From NCBI GenBank assembly GCA_025457865.1, contig JALOTP010000012.1:1443-65442 (forward strand): 64,000 nucleotides of DNA. Reading direction: 5' to 3'. The stretch's first letter is position 1, and each line of letters starts with the position of its first letter. This DNA is from Thermoplasmatota archaeon (lineage in GTDB: Archaea; Thermoplasmatota; Penumbrarchaeia; Penumbrarchaeales; Penumbrarchaeaceae). Below are positions 47,168 to 55,880 of this stretch, piece after piece. The notes under the pieces were generated by a model, which searched no databases, was not told the DNA's origin, and saw only the letters and a list, made by a program, of their open reading frames with translations. A program made the translations under genes and the position numbers.

Positions 47168-48526
47168 ATGAAGATGCGCTCTGTCGAGGAAGACCTTGAC
47201 CGGGCGGCGAACAGTCTCCTTGAACTTGGTGTGCAGCCTTTTCATCTGATACGACCTGTGAGGTCGTTCTGCGAACCTCTGGAGATAGAAGGCGATATAT
47301 CGGATCGGATCGGGTCCCGGCTCTCCCTGATGAGGAAGGTAGGAAGCGGGAACCCTCTTTTCGAGGAAGAGTTCGCAAGAGCGCTCATTTTGGGGGGGAT
47401 GGGCGACCCTCTTTCGAACCCTGCGATCCCCGGGTGCAGGGTTATCAGGGACCGCGAGACACTGATGAGGATGGCATCGCTCGCTAGAGCCATCAGGGCT
47501 CGATCATATGGGACTGGTGATGGTAATGATGCTTTTTTCAGGGAGGACTTCCTCTTCAATGCATTTGTTCGTTCGATGGTCAAGGGTGGGATGGGAGGCC
47601 CTTCCATATCAGAAAGTGCTGATATGATGTACCGCCCCGGCTTCCAAGCTGCACCCATCAGTACGAACTGGTCATACTGGTTCGACTGGCTATATTTCCT
47701 GATGGACCATCCGACCGGGGAGGGGTTCCATGAACCTCCACAATGTATGAACTGCGGTAGATGCCTGGACGATCTGGGGGTCCAAGAATGTCCCGGTTGC
47801 GGGGAGGACCCATGGCAGTGGTGGTTCCAGTGGTTCTACGCAAGGCATGCACCGGAGGATATGACGGAGAGGTCCTGGGACATGTTCCAGCTCCATACCT
47901 ATACGGATGGCAGGGTATTCCACCCCAGGACCGAAGGGTGGATATCGTCCCTGACCCACATACCAGTTCAAGAGGAGGGGCGGTTCAGGCTGGATGTCGT
48001 ATCCAGGGCGGTTGTGATAGCACCCCTCTTGTGGGCACCGCCGGGGGGGATAGTGGACCTTGACATCTGGCACTCGGTGGGGTTCGGTCCCTATCCCGCC
48101 ACATCCATCAGGCACCCTTCCTATAACGATGCCAACGGGATCCCGGTGGAGTTCGCCCATAGGAGCCCGTTCGAGAAGCTGATCATGAGAGGAACGCTGG
48201 ATGCTCGCAGCGGGGAGCATAGCCTCGATATTATGGAAGGAGCTATAAGATACGATGCGACCGACCCTGTCGGACCCGGACGTTCTAAGGTCACCATAGG
48301 ATCCTCCACCATCGATACCGGGGAGATGAGAGATGGGAAGGCTCGGTGGAACGCTCTGACCCCTGTTGTCGAGGGGCCGGGTGTGTTCATAGTGAGGGAG
48401 GAGGTCACCTACATCCTGGAGGACCCCTTGGCATCGGGATACAGGTCGATATTGCCAATTTATACAGGACAACCTGGTGGATGGTTCGAACCATTGTCTT
48501 ATAGGGTGGTAGAGGCCGATCGATGA
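47168..48526 (+). CDS. Hypothetical protein with internal CxxC-CxxC zinc finger and Trp-rich motifs
   Basis: 452-aa ORF; CMNC...CPGC; may start at CTG 47078. Confidence 0.65.
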   Translation: MKMRSVEEDLDRAANSLLELGVQPFHLIRPVRSFCEPLEIEGDISDRIGSRLSLMRKVGSGNPLFEEEFARALILGGMGDPLSNPAIPGCRVIRDRETLMRMASLARAIRARSYGTGDGNDAFFREDFLFNAFVRSMVKGGMGGPSISESADMMYRPGFQAAPISTNWSYWFDWLYFLMDHPTGEGFHEPPQCMNCGRCLDDLGVQECPGCGEDPWQWWFQWFYARHAPEDMTERSWDMFQLHTYTDGRVFHPRTEGWISSLTHIPVQEEGRFRLDVVSRAVVIAPLLWAPPGGIVDLDIWHSVGFGPYPATSIRHPSYNDANGIPVEFAHRSPFEKLIMRGTLDARSGEHSLDIMEGAIRYDATDPVGPGRSKVTIGSSTIDTGEMRDGKARWNALTPVVEGPGVFIVREEVTYILEDPLASGYRSILPIYTGQPGGWFEPLSYRVVEADR

Positions 48527-48536
48527 GGAAGGATCA

Positions 48537-49592
48537 CTAACGCTCCCTTTTGTACCTCTGATAGTGTCTGATGTCCTTCTTCAAGCTTCTCCATCTAGCC
48601 TTTTCAGCCGACGCCGCGGACATGTCTGCCCTCATCCTGGTATGATGCAGCTCCCTCTTCATCTTCTGGTAGCTCTCGTACCTCTCCCTTGAAAGCTCCC
48701 CGTTCTCCAACGCGTTGAGAATTGCGCAGTCAGGTTCTGTAAGGTGCTGACAGTCCTTGAACCTGCAGTTCTCTGAGAGCCCCTGGATGTCCGCGAACGC
48801 ATTGTCTATGTCCTCGTCCTCTGCCCAGAGCTGGAGCTCCCTGATACCAGGATTGTCGATGATCAATGCCCCCGACCTGAGGAGGTACAGCTCCCTTGAT
48901 GTGGTTGTGTGCCTGCCCTTGTCCATATTTCCGACGGAAGAGGTCCTGATCCTCTCCTCTCCAAGGAGCCTATTGATCAACGTTGATTTGCCGGAGCCCG
49001 AGGACCCGAGAAGGCAGATCGTCCTGCCCGGGACCAGAGATTTCTCGACCTCTTCCACCCCGGTTCCGTTCAATGCGCTCATCATCAGGACCGGTATGTT
49101 CCCTGCGATATCGAGGACCGCGCTCATCATAGCGTCCGGGTCCTCAGCGATATCGCATTTGTTGAGGAGGACCAACCCTTCTGCCCCTGATGAGGAGATC
49201 ATCACAAGGTAGCGTTCCAGCCTCCTCAGGTTGAAATCGCCGTCCATTCCCATCATGACGAAGATGGTGTCTATGTTGGCGGCCACAAGCTGTTCGGAGG
49301 TCGCCTTTCCCGGAGCCTTCCTGGATATCCTGGTCCTTCTGGGGAGGACCATGACGATGGAAATGGTGCCCTGGACCTCCTTCAATACGACCCAATCGCC
49401 CACGACCGGAGGTCCTTCAGGCCGGGTCCTCAGTTTGCCGGAATTGTTGGGTATGCGCTCTCCCTTTTCTGTCATCACGTGGGACCGCTTGCCGTCGGAA
49501 CTGAGGACCCTTCCCAGGAAAGTATCTTCTAAAGAAAGAGATGAATAGTGTTGATGTGTGTTCTCATCCAGACCGAACGAACCGAGGAACAT
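48537..49592 (-). CDS. rsgA: Ribosome small subunit-dependent circularly permuted GTPase A
   Basis: VVGDWV, ANID, LNKCD, GSSGSGKSTLIN, GRHTT, DNPG, CRFKDCQHLTEPDC; start 49592 or 49625. Confidence 0.92.
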   Translation of the reverse strand: MFLGSFGLDENTHQHYSSLSLEDTFLGRVLSSDGKRSHVMTEKGERIPNNSGKLRTRPEGPPVVGDWVVLKEVQGTISIVMVLPRRTRISRKAPGKATSEQLVAANIDTIFVMMGMDGDFNLRRLERYLVMISSSGAEGLVLLNKCDIAEDPDAMMSAVLDIAGNIPVLMMSALNGTGVEEVEKSLVPGRTICLLGSSGSGKSTLINRLLGEERIRTSSVGNMDKGRHTTTSRELYLLRSGALIIDNPGIRELQLWAEDEDIDNAFADIQGLSENCRFKDCQHLTEPDCAILNALENGELSRERYESYQKMKRELHHTRMRADMSAASAEKARWRSLKKDIRHYQRYKRER

Positions 49593-49728
49593 ATCATTTC
49601 CTGGCCAGCAGTAAGAGAGATGCATATTTCAACTGTTCGATTCATGGACAATGGAAATGGCGACTGGGTCAAAGGGAAGAGCAGATTTAATAATGGACCT
49701 GACATTTGACCCGCTGCCAACGCACCTT

Positions 49729-49810
49729 GCGAGGGTAGCCAAGTGGTTAACGGCGACAGACTCAAGATCTGTTCCTTAGTGGTTCGTCGGTTCGAATCCG
49801 GCCCCTCGCA
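49729..49810 (+). tRNA. tRNA-Leu(CAA), CCA not encoded
   Basis: GCGAGGG...ACAGA-CTCAAGA-TCTGT, long variable arm, GGTTCGAATCC, CCCTCGC-A; TTTAATA box at about 49686. Confidence 0.97.
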
Positions 49811-49988
49811 TCTCATTTTAATATTATCAAAGAGAGGCCGGATTCGAACCTTGGTTCCTTTGGAACGTTAGCATTGAGAGAGTCAAAAAGTTCCAAAGGT
49901 CTGGAAAATGCCCAAGGCATTTTTCAAAGACGGATCCGGCCCCTCGCATCTCATTTTAATATTATCAAAGAGGGGCCAGTTTCGAATC
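49796..49988 (+). repeat. tRNA-Leu-linked direct repeat (55 nt, period 138) enclosing a two-hairpin insert
   Basis: 49796-49850 vs 49934-49988: first 39 nt identical, 4 mismatches overall; starts with the tRNA 3'-terminal 15 nt. Confidence 0.93.
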
Positions 49989-50002
49989 CCTAAAGAAGAA
50001 TT

Positions 50003-50182
50003 TCATCGTCTTCCAGGAACATATACCGTGGAGACCTGGGTCGTGTAGGTCTTCCCGCCCTCCCTTCTCTGGACATAGGTGATGAACACCCATCCCCCAG
50101 GGACCGATGCCTTGTGGATATGAAGGTCTTCCGGGAGCGTGTCGTCGAACTTTGGTTCTTCGGGTGTCTCAGGGTCCGTCAA
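50003..50182 (-). CDS. 59-aa hypothetical protein (missing from ORF track)
   Basis: AAGGAGG SD, TTG start; MTDPETPEEPKFDDTLPEDLHIHKASVPGGWVFITYVQRREGGKTYTTQVSTVYVPGRR*. Confidence 0.65.
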   Translation of the reverse strand: MTDPETPEEPKFDDTLPEDLHIHKASVPGGWVFITYVQRREGGKTYTTQVSTVYVPGRR

Positions 50183-50391
50183 GTTCGTTCCTCCTTGGTA
50201 TACGATGATGAGCGACTATGTGGTATCTAAAGCATATGGCATCAGGGCGGAACGACCCTAAGGGGTCCATTGGCGTTGCTCCGTCCCAAGCATAGCCTTC
50301 AATACCAGGGGAAAAACCGACCACATCCAGCTTATATATGGGATAATTCGATATTGTATTACTTTATAAAGTGTAAAAGGAGCTGTTTGAT

Positions 50392-53300
50392 ATGGAACAT
50401 AAAAAGACCCTAACGATGATATCATTGTTATTGCTTGTCCTGTCAGGACCCGTTCTTATCAATCCTCAAGAAGGCATTGGGGGGGAGATAGCCCTTGATG
50501 GGAACAAGACGGGTACGATCGTTCCAACGGTCAGCAAGATAGGTCCGCAGTATGGTGGCAGTACTCTCCATGTTGGTTCTGGCCAGACATATTCGAATAT
50601 CCAATCTGCCCTCGATGGTTCGATCGATGGGGACATAATAGTTGTTCATCCCGGGAAATATACAGAGAACGTGGTCGTAGGCAAAGCCGTCCATATCCGG
50701 GGTATGAAGGGTGCCATAATAGAGGGCAGCAATCTCATCGCCATCAGGATAACGACAAGCAACGTAACGGTAACCGGTATGGGCATCAACAACTCCAGCA
50801 ACGGGGTCTTTTCCACCAGTATGGGATTGAACATCTCCGACTGCAACTTCTACCGAAATACCTTGGATGTTCGATTTGAGGTTGTAAACAATACTCTGAC
50901 CAATGACTTTCTTGGTTACCCTCTGGAGCTCATCAACAATACGATAGACCACGCATCCAATTCGAACATGATTGACATCACATTGACCTTAGGATCCAAC
51001 TGGAGACCTGTCAACATAAGCATAGGCTCGGTCATGATATCCAGGAATAGGATAACCAATACATTGAACAGAGGATATGATGTCAGGATCCGAGAGACGT
51101 TTTCCCTGGTCAAGGATGCCAACATTCTGATAGGGGATATCTGGGCATTGAAGAACAATTTCTCGTCCATGGATTACGGGATATCCTTGACTCGGACCTT
51201 GACCGACCTTGAAGATATGGACGTGGGTATAGGCGGTGCATACCTTGAGGGGAACTGGGTGACCAATCCCAGGACACAGGGGATCATGATCACAAATACG
51301 TTCTCCAGATGGACAGGGACCACAAAAGGTGACCTGGGACCTATGGTCGTGAGGGAGAACAGGGTCGTATCCACCTCATTCTCAACATCGGGAGTAACGG
51401 TGAACCCGGTCCAATTCTCCCAATGCACGGGCATGTCCAGCCTTACGATCGGTGACATCGACATCTCCTCGAACATCGTCAATGTCAGTAGCAGGGCTGT
51501 TTACATAAACACCAACCAGCCGATGAACAGTTGCTCCGGGAACGCATCCCTCACAGTTGGAGAGGTCTCTGTTCGGAACAATGATGTCGTATCAAGGGGC
51601 AGCATCGGGGTGAACTATGTATTGACCACATTATCGCTCAATTTCAATTCGACCTCAAGGTTCGGTAATGTAACGTTCTATGGCAACAAGGTCGTTTCAT
51701 CCATCAGCCAGGGAATAACTGTCACGATGACCGATATCACAAGTTCAATGTCAGGCAATGCGGCCTTCGGTCATGGAGGGTTCGAATTCCAGAACAACAG
51801 GATCACATCCAGCAGCTACAGTATCTATTCGACGTTCACAAGGGTGGGAAAGGGCGCATCAGGTTACTCCAAGTTCTCGATGGGCAAGGTTCTGGTCCAG
51901 GGGAACATCCTATCCGGTTCGAACGGCGTAAGGGTCTCCATGAGCGATACCCTGACCAATGGGGATGGGAGGTCGATAGCGGCCTTAGGGGATGTGGAGC
52001 TGCGGTCCAACACCATCAAGAGCACGTCCCAGTCCCTCTACCTCTCGCTTACCAACATGGTGTCGCACATCAAGGGGAACGCTTCGGCAAGTATGGGAAG
52101 GGTCTCCATGGTCGAAAATACCCTTCGATCGAACACAGATGGCATCTATATGACAATCGACACTATATGTTACGACCTGACAGGTGGGACCACATCGGAG
52201 TTCGGCGGATTGGGCGTTGAAGGGAACACGATGAGTACGGTTAACTACGGTGTGAACGCGGTCCGAATGAGGTACCTCGGGGAGAACCTCTATGACAATT
52301 CATCGACCGAAGTTGGTGAGGTCTCGGTCTCGGGGAACGACCTGACGAAAGGGACAGGCATCAATATAGGGATATTCTCATACCTCGGCTTCTACCTGTA
52401 TGGCAATTCCACATTCGACATGGGCGGGCTCAGGGTCAACACCAATAAGGTCAATTCGAGCAGTACCGGGATCTCTCTGGGCCAGTGCAGCTATCTTGGG
52501 AGCAATGTCCACGATAATGCCTCCTCGAGGATCGGTGAAATGAGCATCGACGGGAACGTTGTGAGCTCGAGCGGCATAGGTATCACTATCCCGTCCCCTG
52601 GCATCATAGCCTGCACGCTGTCAGGATACTCGATATCATCGGTCGGCCTCCTATCGGTCGAGGACAATAACGTCACATCGGGTGACATCGGGATAAATGT
52701 CGGGACCTTCGGGCCAGTTGGGACCGAGCTCTACGGATCATCACAGAGCGAGATGGACGGGCTGAGCATATGTGGGAACCATATCATATCTAAGGGCCTA
52801 GGCATCAACCTGGGATCAGCTTACAACCTGGGCAGCTCCCTCTCGGGGATCTCACGTTCGGAGGTCGGGAAGGTCAGGATCTCCGATAACACAGTTACCT
52901 CGAGGTCGCATGGCGTCTATGTTGAAACCTACCAGGAGGTTGGGTCCAATAACGGAGGGCGATCCAATTCGTCCATAGGGGGCCTTGAGATCTCTAGCAA
53001 CACCATCTCTTCGGACGGGTTCGGTGTGTTCACCGGGACGCCCTATATCATGGGATACATGAACACGGACGATTCCTGGACAGAGATAGGCGATATATCG
53101 TTCAGCGGGAACACCATTGTATCGAACGGTACCGGCATATTGGTCGGCTTCATCGGAATGGTCAGCTACCATCTGAGGGGGAACGCGACGGTAAGGGTCG
53201 GCCGCTTCGGTTTCGATGGGAACACGATCTCTTCGAACGCATCCGGCATACATCTCCTGGACGCGATGGAGCTCTCCTACCTCTCCTATGACAACGTCAC

Positions 53301-55836
53301 GACCCATCTGGACGGGCTTACATTGGACGATAATACCATCGATTGCAGGGATTCAGGCATCCTCGTTCCGGAGGTGCGCCTCGGGCTCCAGATGTTCGGG
53401 CGCTCGAGTACAATCGTCCGCCAGATCTCCTCTTCCAGGAATCGGATATCCTCAGGGGGAGGACTATCAATTGGAGTGAATGTTACGGAGATTCAGGGGA
53501 ATTCGAGCTTGTCGATAGGGTCACTTGACCTCGATGGGAACGTCATTGAAGGGTCCGAAGGCAACGGTATAGCACTGGACCTATCGTTCTGGACCCTTGA
53601 GAACAGCACGTTCACCAATGGCCCTCCGAGCATATCTGATAACCGCCTCATCGATGTGAACTGGAGCGCGGTCAGGGTCATGAGGAAGGTGAACATAAGC
53701 GAGGATAGCACATTTACCCTTGGCGAAATGGAACTGGTGCATAACAATATTTCGGGGTGCTCGATCGGGCTGAACCTGACCAGCTGCGGTTATGTGGACG
53801 CCTACCTGAACAATTTCATAGGGAACGGGGCAGACGTCGTCTCCGACGATGGCACCAGCTTCACATGGAACTCCCCAGAGAAGATGTGGTACAGGCATAA
53901 GAATGCGAATCACTCGTACTTTTTAGGGAATTATTGGGACCGTTATTCGGGTCCAGACGCGGACGATAACGGTATCGGCGATGTCCCATACAATACCGAT
54001 TATGGTCTGGACCTATATCCGCTGTCGTCAAATGTCGATGACCACTTTCCGCCGTGGAACGATGTGACACCCCCCTCGGTGACCATCCTTTTCCCTACGA
54101 ACGGCTCCTATCTGAGACATACCGAATTTACTCTCAGTTATTCCATTTCCGACAACCTCCAGGGTTTTCGTGAGATATCGGTAATAGTGGACGGCCACCT
54201 GGTAGGAGGAAGGGCCAATTGGGACCTTTCGGACCCCGATACGGTCATCAGGATGAGCATAATAGCAAGTGAAGGCGTCCATACGATCGAGATTAGAGCG
54301 GTCGATATGGCCGGGAACGAGAACTCGACCTCTTCGACCTTCATGGTGGACATCACCGATCCAATCCTGACACTGGTGTCCCCGCAGGAAGGGGCCTTCC
54401 TGGCCTCAAATGACATCGAACTTGTCTGGGAGGGGAGCGACATCCCTTCCGGATTGGACCGGTTCGAGGTGAGGTTCGGCTCCTGGGAATGGTCGAACAA
54501 GGGCCTTGTTGGGAACCATACCTTTTCGGATGTGGCCGACGGCGAACATACCGTTCAGGTCAGGGTATGGGACAGAGCGGGGAACCAGAGGACCGTCTCA
54601 GCCCGTGTGGTCGTTGATACGATCGCACCCCAGCTCACTATACTTCACCCGGTCCAGGACCATTATTACAATTCATCACGGATAGAGGTCAGTTGGATGG
54701 TGGTGGACATGACGGAGGTCACTTCCGCCCTGGACCTGGACGGTAACGGATTCACCCCCTTGGGGAGCGCAACACAGCATGCTCTCTCAGGGTTGGTGGA
54801 CGGAGAGCATGCATTGACGGTAAGAGTCACGGACGGGTCCCTCAATCGGGTCGAACAACGCGTGTCCTTCACCATTGATACGAAGGGCCCCCAGGCGAGC
54901 GTTCTCTCACCGATTAGGTACGTGAGGTCCTCTGATGTGGTCGTTGTCCTAAAGGCGAACGGGACCGGGTCCCCATTGGGAGCCCTATCGATGAGCTTGA
55001 ACCGGGGTCCATGGACCATCATCGATTCACCCTATGTCGAGAACGATACACTGGAGTTCGACATGTTCGGTCTGGAAGAAGGTGACCATACGGTGTCCTT
55101 CGACCTGCCTGATATGGCCGGGAACCATTGGTACAATACCACCAGGTTCACCATCGATACGATACGACCCACGGTACTTACGGCATCTCCCCTGGGTACC
55201 GGTGTAAGGACGGACTCTTCGATATCGGTCGAGTTCTCCGAGACCATGGACCCGGTGCTCTTCGAGCTAGATATGGATGTCGAGGGGTCATTGGTATGGA
55301 ACGCTCGAGCCATCACATTCGAACCGTATTCGAGATTATCTCCCGACACCGTTCACAGGGTCTATTTGAAAGGAAGTGACCTTGCCGGCAATCCTCTGCT
55401 CCATTCCTGGGAGTTCACGACCGCATCCAAGGGCACCATCATAGGCAGGATACTGGATGAGGGGGGGAAGTCCGTGACGGGAGCCTCGATAGTACTGGAT
55501 ACGGGAGAGACTACGAGAACTGGAATTGACGGTAGGTTCGCGATCGGGGCATCACAAGGGAACAGGACCGTGACGGTGACCTACAAGGGAAAGGTCCTGG
55601 ACATCTTCGAGGTGGATATCACTGCAGGGGTCGAGACCGATGTGGGGGACCGGGTGGTCCAGGTGCCGAAGGGTAACGACCAAAGGGAACGTTCCTGGAC
55701 ATGGCTGGTCATCCTCATCCTGGCAGCCGTTGTTCTGCTGCTGGTCATCCTGTTCCTCTACTTCCTGCTGGTTCGGAAGGGAAAGGAAGGGGTGGAGGAT
55801 TGGGGCATCGATCCTGACGAATGGATCGAAGAGTGA
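50392..55836 (+). CDS. 1814-aa surface protein: NosD/pectin-lyase-like beta-helix, Ig-like (Big) domains, carboxypeptidase-regulatory-like domain, C-terminal TM
   Basis: YSNIQSALD...PGKYTENV cap; GNYWDRY...DLYPL NosD-type end; repeated DxAGN Ig domains; TM 'WLVILILAAVVLLLVILFLYFLL'. Confidence 0.87.
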   Translation: MEHKKTLTMISLLLLVLSGPVLINPQEGIGGEIALDGNKTGTIVPTVSKIGPQYGGSTLHVGSGQTYSNIQSALDGSIDGDIIVVHPGKYTENVVVGKAVHIRGMKGAIIEGSNLIAIRITTSNVTVTGMGINNSSNGVFSTSMGLNISDCNFYRNTLDVRFEVVNNTLTNDFLGYPLELINNTIDHASNSNMIDITLTLGSNWRPVNISIGSVMISRNRITNTLNRGYDVRIRETFSLVKDANILIGDIWALKNNFSSMDYGISLTRTLTDLEDMDVGIGGAYLEGNWVTNPRTQGIMITNTFSRWTGTTKGDLGPMVVRENRVVSTSFSTSGVTVNPVQFSQCTGMSSLTIGDIDISSNIVNVSSRAVYINTNQPMNSCSGNASLTVGEVSVRNNDVVSRGSIGVNYVLTTLSLNFNSTSRFGNVTFYGNKVVSSISQGITVTMTDITSSMSGNAAFGHGGFEFQNNRITSSSYSIYSTFTRVGKGASGYSKFSMGKVLVQGNILSGSNGVRVSMSDTLTNGDGRSIAALGDVELRSNTIKSTSQSLYLSLTNMVSHIKGNASASMGRVSMVENTLRSNTDGIYMTIDTICYDLTGGTTSEFGGLGVEGNTMSTVNYGVNAVRMRYLGENLYDNSSTEVGEVSVSGNDLTKGTGINIGIFSYLGFYLYGNSTFDMGGLRVNTNKVNSSSTGISLGQCSYLGSNVHDNASSRIGEMSIDGNVVSSSGIGITIPSPGIIACTLSGYSISSVGLLSVEDNNVTSGDIGINVGTFGPVGTELYGSSQSEMDGLSICGNHIISKGLGINLGSAYNLGSSLSGISRSEVGKVRISDNTVTSRSHGVYVETYQEVGSNNGGRSNSSIGGLEISSNTISSDGFGVFTGTPYIMGYMNTDDSWTEIGDISFSGNTIVSNGTGILVGFIGMVSYHLRGNATVRVGRFGFDGNTISSNASGIHLLDAMELSYLSYDNVTTHLDGLTLDDNTIDCRDSGILVPEVRLGLQMFGRSSTIVRQISSSRNRISSGGGLSIGVNVTEIQGNSSLSIGSLDLDGNVIEGSEGNGIALDLSFWTLENSTFTNGPPSISDNRLIDVNWSAVRVMRKVNISEDSTFTLGEMELVHNNISGCSIGLNLTSCGYVDAYLNNFIGNGADVVSDDGTSFTWNSPEKMWYRHKNANHSYFLGNYWDRYSGPDADDNGIGDVPYNTDYGLDLYPLSSNVDDHFPPWNDVTPPSVTILFPTNGSYLRHTEFTLSYSISDNLQGFREISVIVDGHLVGGRANWDLSDPDTVIRMSIIASEGVHTIEIRAVDMAGNENSTSSTFMVDITDPILTLVSPQEGAFLASNDIELVWEGSDIPSGLDRFEVRFGSWEWSNKGLVGNHTFSDVADGEHTVQVRVWDRAGNQRTVSARVVVDTIAPQLTILHPVQDHYYNSSRIEVSWMVVDMTEVTSALDLDGNGFTPLGSATQHALSGLVDGEHALTVRVTDGSLNRVEQRVSFTIDTKGPQASVLSPIRYVRSSDVVVVLKANGTGSPLGALSMSLNRGPWTIIDSPYVENDTLEFDMFGLEEGDHTVSFDLPDMAGNHWYNTTRFTIDTIRPTVLTASPLGTGVRTDSSISVEFSETMDPVLFELDMDVEGSLVWNARAITFEPYSRLSPDTVHRVYLKGSDLAGNPLLHSWEFTTASKGTIIGRILDEGGKSVTGASIVLDTGETTRTGIDGRFAIGASQGNRTVTVTYKGKVLDIFEVDITAGVETDVGDRVVQVPKGNDQRERSWTWLVILILAAVVLLLVILFLYFLLVRKGKEGVEDWGIDPDEWIEE

Positions 55837-55880
55837 GCGGTTGTAAATTAAATACGAAAAGCCACATTCTCCTCGATCGA

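Noticed and set aside
30414-49729. Integrated island bounded by the two tRNAs
   Set aside because: The tRNAs point away from the interval, their duplicated ends lie on the outer sides within about 400 bp, and no integrase is present.
49529-49816. 95-aa minus-strand ORF
   Set aside because: It is antisense to tRNA-Leu and has no protein-like features.
49808-49835. dif/Xer site in the AT-rich spacer after tRNA-Leu
   Set aside because: No convincing 11-6-11 dyad was found.
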